Notes under the pieces: model-generated
Told to the model about the DNA's origin: nothing
Seen by the model: only the letters and a program-made list of their open reading frames with translations
Database searches by the model: none
Shown here: one piece after another, positions 40,501-47,665 of the stretch
How the letters are laid out: every line of letters starts with the position of its first letter
Position numbering within the stretch: position 1 is the first letter of the stretch
Program-made: the position numbers and the translations under genes
Source: Promethearchaeota archaeon
GTDB taxonomy: Archaea; Asgardarchaeota; Lokiarchaeia; Sigyniarchaeales; SOKP01
Assembly: GCA_016839745.1 (NCBI GenBank)
Contig: JAEOTS010000025.1
Coordinates: 1-64,000 of the forward strand
Direction: 5' to 3'
DNA length: 64,000 bases

Positions 40501-42430
40501 TGCCCTCTCCCGTGCATTTACTTGCGTTTTTAAAATATTGCCATTCTTGATTACCATCTAAATATATCGTTTGTGGGGCAATCGCACTATTTTGGGTAAC
40601 ACCACGAAAATCTAAAATTTCCATAGCGTTCGATTGAAATCCAAGAATACGGCTCCGATAGGCATCATAATTGCGCGTGACGAAACAAAATGCCCATGGC
40701 ATATCTTCTTCTACAAGAATTTCTTGAATCCTATTGTAATATGATTCTCTTATATTTTGATTGGTTTCGAATAATGCTGCTTCCATTAAAAGTTGTACAT
40801 TATCCCATAGATTAAACGGATCTCTACCAGATTCTATCGCTGCCCAATAGCCATTATACATACCATTATTCCAACTACTAAGATCAAGTGTTCTATTGGT
40901 TAACATACTATTGATATAATTACTTGGGTCATTATAGTCATGCCCCCAACCCATCCAGAAGAGTTGCAGCATCTTCCAGCCATCCACTCCTAAAATAAAC
41001 AATCTATCTAGATATTCTGACCAGGTCATACCAGCATCAGTAACTTCGATACCAATTTTATCAAGATTATTTTGTAATAAAGGTAAAATATCTTCTCGAA
41101 ATGAGTTGCCTATATTATAGGTATAATTGTAAGTCTCGAATGATGCGGCAGACCATAGAGCCTCATCACTTCCGGGATAAGTTGTATCCCAAGCTACTCC
41201 AAAACCCATACTTTGCATTATTTCTCTTGCTTTAGAAACATTATATGTTGCTACATCAAGCGACCAGTTAGCGAATATTATACTTTCAGGAAGAGGAGAC
41301 TCTAATCTCAGTGCGTTTCCTTCACGTAATTCATTAAGAATATAAGAATAGTTAATAGCATAAGAAATTGCGTTTCTAAAAGTAACATTGATATAATAAT
41401 TACTCATTACAAGAGGCGAAATTACTGTCCCCTGTCCAGCGTCAATTAACGTAATATCAGGATCAGCATCAAGAGTAGAAAACATTGAGGAATATGGATT
41501 AAGTATTAAGTCGACTTCACCTGATAACAATGCGTTGTTTCTGTCTACTGCATCTGGAATAATGGAAAATTTAAGGATTGTAATATTTGCTTTTCCTGCC
41601 CAATAATTCTCAAAAGCGTGAAATTTTACTTCATCATCGGGTATATAATGGTCATAAACAAACGGCCCTGTACCGACTAGAGTTCCAGTAGTGATATTAA
41701 TATACTCAAATTGAGGTGTAGATGTGGGAGATAAAATATATGATCCAGGAAAGCATAATAATGCCTCGAATGGTCCATATGGCTTATTCAACTCGAATCT
41801 AATTGTATATTCATCGATAATAACAGTGTCACTAATAATAGGGAAAGTAGTTCCGAGATCAGGATCAAAATATTCATAAAGTGTAGCTGCGGTAGCCATA
41901 GAATTATTTATAAAATATTTTAACCTTTCAAAAGTAAATTTTACTGCTGTTGCGTTAAATTTAGTTCCATCGTGAAAAATCACATTAGGTCGAAGGGACA
42001 CGGTATACCATGTGTCTGTAGAATTAATCATCCATGTACCTTTTGATGTTGCTAAACGGGGTATAATCTGTAAATTTTGATCGGTTAAATTGTATGTGAA
42101 TAAACCTTCGCAAACTTGATCTATCACATTATATGAATTAGAATCCCAAGAGTTTTGAGGATCAAGATCATATGGACCAGCCTGAGTACCAAATACTAAC
42201 TTAAATATATTATTATCTTGATTACTAGAGTTGAGATCTTTATCGTAAGAAATTAGTCCCTCTCTAGTTTTAGCATTTATATTTATATTCGAATTTATTA
42301 TGAAATTTGAAAAAAATATAATTAAGAGGAAAAATAAAATTAAAACTCGTTTTAATTTCTTATTGAATTTTATTGAATATGATTTACCTTTTATATTCCT
42401 ATATAGACGAATATTGACTTTGGATTTCAT
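31571..42430 (-). CDS. Giant membrane TIR receptor: 2x[SBP family 5 + beta-helix], 15 Ig-like repeats, beta-helix, TM, PCI-like winged helix, TIR
   Basis: N-terminal hydrophobic segment; SBP_5 motifs (LDP, FHDGTKFNA, GTGPF, W..DY.DP) twice; NosD/CASH-type N-rich coils; 92-aa repeats; TM at ~32600-32670; TIR IFISYS...DVFVLFCSENS..S..VKDEW. Confidence 0.9.
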   Translation of the reverse strand: MKSKVNIRLYRNIKGKSYSIKFNKKLKRVLILFFLLIIFFSNFIINSNININAKTREGLISYDKDLNSSNQDNNIFKLVFGTQAGPYDLDPQNSWDSNSYNVIDQVCEGLFTYNLTDQNLQIIPRLATSKGTWMINSTDTWYTVSLRPNVIFHDGTKFNATAVKFTFERLKYFINNSMATAATLYEYFDPDLGTTFPIISDTVIIDEYTIRFELNKPYGPFEALLCFPGSYILSPTSTPQFEYINITTGTLVGTGPFVYDHYIPDDEVKFHAFENYWAGKANITILKFSIIPDAVDRNNALLSGEVDLILNPYSSMFSTLDADPDITLIDAGQGTVISPLVMSNYYINVTFRNAISYAINYSYILNELREGNALRLESPLPESIIFANWSLDVATYNVSKAREIMQSMGFGVAWDTTYPGSDEALWSAASFETYNYTYNIGNSFREDILPLLQNNLDKIGIEVTDAGMTWSEYLDRLFILGVDGWKMLQLFWMGWGHDYNDPSNYINSMLTNRTLDLSSWNNGMYNGYWAAIESGRDPFNLWDNVQLLMEAALFETNQNIRESYYNRIQEILVEEDMPWAFCFVTRNYDAYRSRILGFQSNAMEILDFRGVTQNSAIAPQTIYLDGNQEWQYFKNASKCTGEGTISDPYVIEDLVIDGQNESVSCIFIENSEVYFRIENCTLFNSADAGIKLLNASNGQIIGNNCSNNGVGIHLFNLNTNFTITGNNVNNNVQYGMNVNNSNSILIYNNSFISNNINAFESLISNSWDNGSLGNFWDDYPGVDENDDGMGDTSYPISGPTVSQDNFPIWDDGIDQGDDIFKIVFGTAYGPFDLDPHVAYDTVSFDVIYQVCEGLFKYKISDPNLPVIPNLATSMGTWMINSTDTWYTVSLRSNVIFHDGTKFNATAVKFSFDRLAYFINNTMAYAAELYQYYDPDVSMYFPIINDTVIVDEYTIRFELNKPYGVFDNLLCFPGSYILSPISTPQFAAINTTTGDLIGTGPFVYDHYLPDNEVKFHAFENYWAGKANVSILKFSIIPDAVDRNNALLSGEVDLLVDPLTSMFSTFDADPDITLFNAGQSMIVQYLGMNNQIINNTWRKAISYAINYSYIIDELYGGNAVRLKSPIPENMPYANWSFDVAIYNITQAREIMQSMGFGIGWDANYPGMDEALWSAASFRTFNYTYNIGNTLRENILPLLQNNLDKIGIEVTDEGMTWTDYFYRLVEIPPYTRNMLELFWMGWGPDYVDPSNYINPHFTNRSIAYNGVQYNGYTAAMGAGRDPFDPWANVQLLMEAALFETDPNARKVFYERIQQLLVEDDMPWAYGCIPYNYDAYRSHILGFQSNALGILSFYDVTQDSAIAPQTIYLEGNQEWQYFKDAGKCTGQGTSSDPYVIEDLAINAQNNSVSCIYIENSDVYFRIENCTVFNSTRAGIELVNVTNSLSTRNNCSNNSRGIYLGRSVNNSISGNNSISGNYYGIWISECNNNNITGNTLNSNNFGIVSLYSNNNSITGNTINSNWFPTGFGIGILLNSSSNIISNNIVNNYDLYGIYLFENIDNVISGNTINNTINYGFFLTEANYSLIFNNLIIGNGINALDNGTNNDWDNGTIGNYWDDYGGVDANDDGIGDSPYLIPGTAGSQDNFPIWDDGIESVPTVVINAPISNSLFGITSPNFNVEINDTDGVDTMWYTLDGGLTNITFIANGTIDQIEWNKLANGTVLITFYVNGTLGKLASAAVLVRKDIVAPDIIIISPLSNELFGVLTPTYIVEITDINGIDVMWYTLDGGLTNITFITNGTIDQIEWDNQVNGTITVIFYTNDTVGNLASNSVVVRKDVEIPDININSPLLNELFGSLAPSFDVEISDINGIDMMWYTLDGGLTNITFIANGTIDQTEWDNRVNGTVTITFYANDTIGNLAFNSVAVRKDIELPNIIINSPLPNELFGVIAPTFNVEITDINGIDTMWYTLDGGLTNITFITNGTIYQTEWDAQGNGTLTINFYANDTIGNLAFNSVVILKDIELPNIFIISPLPNELFGSLAPTFTVEITDINGIDTMWYTLDGGLTNITFITNGTIDQTEWDAQSNGTVTITFYANDTVGNLASNSVIVRKDIELPDIFINSPLPNELFGSLAPIFSVEISDINGIDTMWYTLDGGLTNITFITNGTIDQTEWDNRVNGTVTINFYANDTIGNLASNSVIVRKDIELPDIIINSPLPNELFGVIAPTFNVEITDINGIDTMWYTLDGGLINITFIANGNIDQIEWDAQGNGTITITFYGNDTLGNLAFNSVVVRKDIEAPNIFIISPLPNELFGSLAPTFTVEIADINGIDTMWYTLNGGLTNITFITNGTIDQTEWDAQSNGTVTITFYANDTIGNFDSSSVVVRKDIEVPNINIISPLPNELFGSLAPSFTVEITDINGIGAMWYTLDGGITNVTFITNGTIDQTEWDAQSNGTLTIIFYANDTVGNLASSSVVVRKDIELPNIIINFPLPNELFGALAPNFTVEISDINGIDTMWYTLDGGLTNITFIANGTIDQTEWDAQGNGTVTITFYGNDTLGNLASNSLVVRKDILSGPTILINTPASNNLFGYTSPNYNVEITAINIVDTMWYTLDGGITNITFITNGTIDQTEWDALSNGTVTIIFYANDTLGNIASNSVVVRKDIEIPNITINSPIPNELFGPLPPTFNVEISDINGVDMMWYTLDGGFINITFTINGTIDPIEWDNQANGTVTITFYANDTVGNLASNSVVVRKDIQLPNIFIISPILNELFGILAPNFNVIITAINGIDTMWYTLDGGLTNIIFITNGSIDQTEWDAQVNGTVTITFYGNDTLGNLASNSIVVRKDILSGPTILINTPITNSLFRYNPPIFNVEISNVNGIDSMWYTLDGGLTNITFIANGTIDQAEWDALGNGTVIIRFYANNTLGTLSFMDIMVGKDIEIPVITIHNPILDETFQLSSPEFNLSITEGNLDLTWYSLSNDTYITGNYTFSDLTGKIDQGLWDNFITGPIETIFIHFYAADLVGNIGYQNVSIKKVPDYVVLETTTIDDTGAGNYTWDQAEAQEWCFGSGTWNDPYIIEFLVIDGQNTGSNLIIRNSIAFFIVRYSILHNSGGGFNDAGLKLEHVSNAILINLDCSNNNGHGVCLYDCENITILESNMNHNKLAGIFLNESRLISIINNTETISYNRWGIYLLLSHSNIISGSFLGSNQFGLFFKQSNNNSITENYFYLNDEAYVEEDSFGNTFQGNTVITKPDYLIVIIMTVVSIISIAGVSFVVVRKRVIIPKKGREIKVYDKKKIKIEQKLHNRLLTVDHLIEEKSVKDALKDLEEIKDLCKVYGLFEMLNECDEKITQCNSKHLEMINIIKRIVLNLATKFARLEITDISEQTGISDDDFIIEVLQEMIQNNEINGEYFSKSKAVAFDKQSNIEQIKQFIKIYREWEMLNLDRDDSDLLLEEVRSQEIKPKAIVSKLLPEKFKELNIFISYSTLDIDHFQILSVIKSLEEYPEIDKVMYWESDKAQKVADYTEFMDETLKEYDVFVLFCSENSMKSASVKDEWQVAFEKRKKDLITIIPVYEKLDDIPTILGHFLNVKYDKKQFNIFIKNLYQEIMRSRGNKFFK
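33325..37477 (-). repeat. Intragenic tandem array: 14 conserved + 1 divergent ~276-bp units encoding Ig-like domains
   Basis: Unit P.I.I.SP..NELFG...MWYTLDGGLTNITF..NGTIDQ.EWD...NGTV.I.FYANDT.GN....V.V.KD; the 276-nt period also shows in antisense ORFs at 35112/35388/35664/35940. Confidence 0.95.
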
Positions 42431-42511
42431 TTTATCAAATTATGTCTTTGTATAGAAAGAATTGAAGTCTTGGAATTCTTTTAGAATCAATATTAACTAA
42501 ATATATAATGA

Positions 42512-42570
42512 CTAATGATAAATAGGATGTTCATCTTTTTAAGACTTTATCTTTTTGACATTTTATTCTA
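42512..42570 (-). promoter_or_regulatory. Conserved upstream element of TIR receptor 1
   Basis: TAATGATAAATAGGATGTT.ATCTTTTTAAG.CTTTAT.TTTTTGACA is nearly identical to 44603-44660. Confidence 0.7.
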
Positions 42571-42643
42571 AATTTATTATTTTAAAAACGGTTATTGAAA
42601 TAACTTAAGAATCTAGTATATATTTTTAATAGAAACTTTATAT

Positions 42644-44521
42644 TTAAGCGATTATCTCGGGAATTCTTCTGCCCTTTGAGCGCATAATCTCCTGATAAAG
42701 TTCGGTGGTAAAACTATTAAAATCAGTTTTATCATATTTAACATTTAAAAAGTGACCTAATATTACTGGAATGTGTTCGGCTTGTTCATAAACTGGAATA
42801 ATTGTAACTAATCCCTTTTTCCTTCTCTGGAATGCTGCTTGCCACTCATCTCTTACAGAAACGGATTTCATGGAGTTTTCACTACAAAATAAAACAAACA
42901 CATCGCAATTTTCAAGCATTTTATCCATATATTCTACAATATTTTGTGTACTATCCGCCTCCCAATACATTACTTTGTTAATATCTGGGTATTCTTCTAA
43001 ACTTTTTGCAACTCGTGATATCTGAAAATGATCTGTATCTATAGTGGAATAACTTAAAAAGACATTAAGATCTTTGAATTCATCAGGTTTAGACTTAGAA
43101 ATTATTGCTTTCGATCTTAATTCCCGAGGTAGAATCTCTTCTATTAGAAAGTCCGAATCATCCCTATCAAGGTTATTTTTCTCCCATTCTCCGTACGTTT
43201 TTATGAGGTTCTCAATTTGTTCGATATTCGATTGTTGATCAAAATTAATTCTTTTTGAAAAGTATTCAGCATATACCTCATTATTTTGAATCATATCTTC
43301 TATAACTTCAATAATGAAATCTTCATCATTTATTCCAGTTTTTTCACTAATATCAGTTATTTCTAATCTCGCAAATTTAGTAGCTAAATTTATCACAATT
43401 CTTTTAATTATATTAATCATCTCTAAGTACAAATAATTACAATGTTCAATTTTTTCATCACAATCGTTTATCATTTCAAATAGACCATATACGTTGCATA
43501 AATCCTTAATCTCTTCCAGATTTTTGAGAGCCTCTTTTACATTTTTTTCCCTTATCAAGTAGTCAATAAAGGATAACCTATCATGAAGATTTTCTTCGAC
43601 TTTAATTTTTGTTTTTCCGTCTACTTTCACTTCTCCTCTTTTTTTAGGAATAATTACTCTCTTCCAAATAGTTAGGATACTTACAGCGGATACACCAACT
43701 ATAATAACGATAATTATAATGGTTAAAAGTAATACATTAAATTTCGGTATTATTTCATTATTTTTAAAACTATTATTTTGACTATCTTCAAGATCATAAG
43801 CTTCATTATTTTCCATAAAGATATTTTCAATTATAGAATTATTGCTCGATTGCTTAAGAAATAATCCTAATTGATTATATCCTATAAAGTTTCCACTGAT
43901 GTTGTTATTATGACTCATTAAGAGAAAAATACCCCTTACCTTATTATTGTTCAGATCACTTTCTAATATAGAAATATTCTGAGAGTTATCCAAACAAACC
44001 CCATGGTCTTTGTTGTTTGAGCAATCTATATTAATTAATTTACCATTTGAAACATTTACTAATTTAACTCCCGCATCATTAGCTCCTCCACCAGAATTAT
44101 AGAAAATACTATCTCTTATAATGAAAAACACACTAGAATTTCTAATTATTAAACAACTTGCACCATTCTGACCATCAATTTCTAAGGATTCAATAATATA
44201 AGGATCATTCCAAGTACCAGAGCCATTACACCATTCTTGAGCTTGTGCTTGAGTCCAAGTGTAATCTCCTTCTCCAGTATCGTCAATAATCATCGATTCT
44301 GAAATATAATTATCTGATACTTTAATAATAGAAACATCTTGAGATCCAATATCCTTATTATATGGCAATTGATTGAGTCTAATTGTGAAAATTAAGCAGA
44401 ATAATACCAAGATGAAAAATAGTAATGAAACTCTCTTTAAAGTTAAATTTTTATTTGAATTAATTGAAACTGAATTTTTACTTTTATCCTTAGAGACACT
44501 AGCATTAACTTTAGATTTCAT
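42644..44521 (-). CDS. Short membrane TIR receptor paralog: beta-helix, TM, PCI-like winged helix, TIR
   Basis: Shares the MKSKVN start (ATG 44521 preferred over 44563), the last beta-helix, TM and cytoplasmic region with 31571-42430; TIR VFLSYS...SVRDEW. Confidence 0.9.
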   Translation of the reverse strand: MKSKVNASVSKDKSKNSVSINSNKNLTLKRVSLLFFILVLFCLIFTIRLNQLPYNKDIGSQDVSIIKVSDNYISESMIIDDTGEGDYTWTQAQAQEWCNGSGTWNDPYIIESLEIDGQNGASCLIIRNSSVFFIIRDSIFYNSGGGANDAGVKLVNVSNGKLINIDCSNNKDHGVCLDNSQNISILESDLNNNKVRGIFLLMSHNNNISGNFIGYNQLGLFLKQSSNNSIIENIFMENNEAYDLEDSQNNSFKNNEIIPKFNVLLLTIIIIVIIVGVSAVSILTIWKRVIIPKKRGEVKVDGKTKIKVEENLHDRLSFIDYLIREKNVKEALKNLEEIKDLCNVYGLFEMINDCDEKIEHCNYLYLEMINIIKRIVINLATKFARLEITDISEKTGINDEDFIIEVIEDMIQNNEVYAEYFSKRINFDQQSNIEQIENLIKTYGEWEKNNLDRDDSDFLIEEILPRELRSKAIISKSKPDEFKDLNVFLSYSTIDTDHFQISRVAKSLEEYPDINKVMYWEADSTQNIVEYMDKMLENCDVFVLFCSENSMKSVSVRDEWQAAFQRRKKGLVTIIPVYEQAEHIPVILGHFLNVKYDKTDFNSFTTELYQEIMRSKGRRIPEIIA

Positions 44522-44602
44522 TTTATCAAATTTGGTATTTGTGATAAAGGGATTAAAATCCAAGAAATCTTTTAAAATCGATATACAAAGTTGTATATTG
44601 AT

Positions 44603-44660
44603 TAATGATAAATAGGATGTTTATCTTTTTAAGGCTTTATTTTTTTGACACTATATACTA
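44603..44660 (-). promoter_or_regulatory. Conserved upstream element of TIR receptor 2
   Basis: Near-identical to 42512-42570 and at the same distance from the MKSKVN start. Confidence 0.7.
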
Positions 44661-44717
44661 CATTTGTCAATCAAAACATGGTTTAAAAGACAGTATTATT
44701 CAATTGAGAAAGATTAC

Positions 44718-44973
44718 TTAAGATTCTAAATCAGGGGTTTTAGATAACAAATAATTGTAAACATCAGTAATTTCGTCCTTAAAGTAGGCGGCTCTAATCA
44801 TATAAATTATCATTAAGAGTTCTTTTCCTCCCCGCGCTAATTCTGATTCAATATAAAAAATGTGATTAATTGTTTGGTACTTTCTAAAAGTAAATATAAA
44901 AATTCCTTCTTCCTCAGTGAATTCTAGAATTCTACCTAAATCTGGATGTTCTTGAGTATTTAATGGGGAACTA
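44718..44973 (-). pseudogene. Internal fragment of the longin-GTPase gene (copy of 46670-46925)
   Basis: 256 bp colinear; translates SSPLNTQEHPDLGRILEF...RGGKELLMI...SKTPDLES*; the 5' end is missing; TAC changed to TAA. Confidence 0.9.
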
Positions 44974-45404
44974 ATTGTATTAGAGAAAAAAAAGGGTGCA
45001 TTAATGAAGATGATGAATAAAAACTTTATCGCATGTTAGAAGAAGCCAAATTTTTGCTTATAGGTACACCGGTATTTCAAGGTAGTCTTTCAGGGCAGCT
45101 AAAAACTGTATTAGATCGCTGTCGTGGATTAGTCGCTAAAAACCCTAATGTATTTAAGGGTAAATATGGAATTGCGCTTGCAGTGGGGGGAGATCGAAGC
45201 GGAGGTCAAGAAATTGCGATTAGAGGCATCTTAGATTTTTACCAACAAAATCATATAATAACGATTTCTGGAGGCGCATTCGGAGCTAACTTGGGTGCCT
45301 CTTTATGGAGTAGGGATAGAGGTAAGGAAGGAGTTCAAAACGATGAAGTGGGATTAAGAACTATTAGGAAAGTCATAAAAAGATTAGCAGAATTTAAAGA
45401 ATAG
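44974..45404 (+). pseudogene. 5'-truncated iron-sulfur flavoprotein copy
   Basis: Matches 30613-31043; lacks the GSPRK and CxxC N-terminus; GTT CAA changed to GAA TAA (in-frame stop) before the ORF called at 45033. Confidence 0.85.
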
Positions 45405-45433
45405 AAAAGAAAAATAATAGTACTTATTCTAAC

Positions 45434-45730
45434 TTATTTTACTCCAAAGAGTTTCTTAGCTTCTTTTTCTCTGAGTCCGGAGATACCCCAGAGCTCTTTA
45501 AACCAATATTTTCCGTCCATTATTACAACTGGCGTATTTACAATACACCCATCTGCATCACAGAAAGTTTTGGTGAAATTTTTATCGTGTAATAACTTAT
45601 GTGTGAATTCCTCGTCGTCTATATCACGTTCTATGTATTCGACATCGTGCTTATGAAGCCACTCTTTCAATTCTGCGCACCTATGACAATCAGTTTTTGA
45701 TATTACTATTGGGACTTGCATTTTGCTCAT
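45434..45730 (-). CDS. Glutaredoxin-like protein
   Basis: SKTDCHRC active site, VEYIERDI, TPVV cis-Pro loop, extra CDADGC. Confidence 0.85.
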   Translation of the reverse strand: MSKMQVPIVISKTDCHRCAELKEWLHKHDVEYIERDIDDEEFTHKLLHDKNFTKTFCDADGCIVNTPVVIMDGKYWFKELWGISGLREKEAKKLFGVK

Positions 45731-45949
45731 AATATTTATATCATAACTTCTCTCTGTAAAAAAAGTTTAGCTTCTAATCTATAAATAAGTACAAAAGAAA
45801 TATGATAACAAATCAAATTTACATGAAAATATATTATAAATCATACAAAATTTTCAATCTTAAAATACTTCTTACTTAAGAAGTATGATCTTTATTCCAG
45901 AAAGTGGAAGTCTCCGTATAAATAAGACAAGATTAAATTAAAATGATAA

Positions 45950-46993
45950 TTATATCATTTTTTTTAACAACCAACGAATTGCATTGATAATTTTATCATT
46001 TTCATTAAGAACATTAATAGAGAAATATTCTATAGATAGTCCACACTCTTCTAACTCCACCATGTTGAATTTCTCATAAATCATATTCGAGGTTATTTCC
46101 TCTTTATCGTCAAATTTATTGCCAATAATAAGTATTGGCATAGTATCTCCCTTATCCTGGCATCTATTTAATACCAACTGGAACATTTCAATGGTTTCTT
46201 TAATAGAGTCCTTAGTAGAGGCATTAAAGATTAAGATAAAGCCCTGAGCATTATCTATACAATCTTCATACAAACTAGTTCGTTCATCATCCGTATCCTC
46301 ATCAATACATTCGTACGTCAAAACTTCGATGTTATCAATTATGAAGTCGTAAATTTTGCTAGATAAATCTCGCTTCATATTGTTATTTTTATATTGTAGG
46401 AATTGTATAACCTCCAAATTTTTAACGAGCTCTGTTTTTCCTGCGTTTCTAGGGCCAAAAATATAAATCTTCTTTAAATTTCCTTTATCTAATAAATGAG
46501 TCGTTAAATCTAGCTGTGGGCTCATTTTTTCTAGATATTTGTTGAAGAGCCTAAAGAATTCTTTTTTAAATTTTTTCGATGCTACGCTAAGAGTTTCTTT
46601 TTGATTTACACGATTTTTATGGTTGTGTAGTACTTCTTTGAGTTCTCGAAGATTTTTGAGTTCTGAAGCGTAAGATTCGAGATCAGGGGTTTTAGATAAC
46701 AAATAATTGTAAACATCAGTAATTTCGTCTTTGAAGTAAGCGGCTCTAATCATAAAAGTTATCATTAAGAGTTCTTTTCCCCCTCGCGCAAATTCTGAGT
46801 CAATATAAAAAATGTGATTAATGGTTTGATACTTCCTATAAGTAAAAATAAAATTTCCTTCTAGATCAGTGAAATCCAGAATTCTACCTAAATCGGGGTG
46901 CTCTTGGGTATTCAATGGGGAACTACAATACAAGTTAGTGGGTCCGAGAGTAGTGTCAAAATATGACACACAAAGGATAACCTCTTTTGGCAT
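45950..46993 (-). CDS. Longin/uDENN-like domain fused to a divergent Ras-superfamily GTPase
   Basis: N-terminal SYFDTTLGP and FARGG motifs; C-terminal GPRNAGKT (G1), GNKFD (G4); no DxxG. Confidence 0.75.
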   Translation of the reverse strand: MPKEVILCVSYFDTTLGPTNLYCSSPLNTQEHPDLGRILDFTDLEGNFIFTYRKYQTINHIFYIDSEFARGGKELLMITFMIRAAYFKDEITDVYNYLLSKTPDLESYASELKNLRELKEVLHNHKNRVNQKETLSVASKKFKKEFFRLFNKYLEKMSPQLDLTTHLLDKGNLKKIYIFGPRNAGKTELVKNLEVIQFLQYKNNNMKRDLSSKIYDFIIDNIEVLTYECIDEDTDDERTSLYEDCIDNAQGFILIFNASTKDSIKETIEMFQLVLNRCQDKGDTMPILIIGNKFDDKEEITSNMIYEKFNMVELEECGLSIEYFSINVLNENDKIINAIRWLLKKMI

Positions 46994-47139
46994 AGGAATA
47001 TTAAACGAAATTTAGTTATATCTAAATTATATTTAAGACATGATTAGTTTTATATCAAATGTTTTTTACTTAAAATTGTATTGATATTAACCAATTATAT
47101 GCTTGAATTTAATAATTTATAAAAATCAAATTTTAATGT

Positions 47140-47610
47140 TTGTTCCCTATTTCATACTTAATGGATTCTAATTTTAATTCTCGAGATGGCGAGTATAACC
47201 TCGCTTTTAAAAATTTGTTTCATGGCAAGATAATGGAACGTGCATCTGCTGCAAGGCAGATAGGACATTTAAAAGATGGAAGGGCTACGAATTTATTAGT
47301 AAGGGCCTTAAATTCAGAAGAAGACCCAATAGTGATAAATAGGATTATTGAGGCTATGGGTGAAATTAAAGATGCTAAAGCTACCATGGTTATCGTAGAA
47401 TTGTTAAAAAGAGAACTAGAAAAACATGAAACAGACCAAGATAAAAGTCTTCTGTTTTTAATTGTTGAGAGCTTAATGAAAATTGGAGATAAGAGGGCTT
47501 TGGAGCATTTAGGAATTCTTTCAAGATCTTGCGAAAGCGATTTGAAGACCTTCACAGAAGAAGCGATCGAATGTATAGATCCTGAATGGAAGAAAAATCT
47601 CGTAGAATAG
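47140..47610 (+). CDS. HEAT/PBS-lyase repeat protein
   Basis: RASAARQIG, IIEAMGEIKD, SLMKIGDKRA repeats. Confidence 0.8.
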   Translation: MFPISYLMDSNFNSRDGEYNLAFKNLFHGKIMERASAARQIGHLKDGRATNLLVRALNSEEDPIVINRIIEAMGEIKDAKATMVIVELLKRELEKHETDQDKSLLFLIVESLMKIGDKRALEHLGILSRSCESDLKTFTEEAIECIDPEWKKNLVE

Positions 47611-47665
47611 TTAAAACCAATAATAATCCTAAATTTATAATTTTAAAAATTAAAAGGTAAAAGAA

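Noticed and set aside
31400-44720. Transposon or provirus carrying the TIR genes
   Set aside because: No transposase, integrase, viral genes, terminal inverted repeats or tRNA att site visible
45033-45404. 123-aa ORF as an independent flavoprotein
   Set aside because: It is the 3' part of a truncated isf duplicate lacking the FMN/Fe-S N-terminus, with a stop codon just upstream
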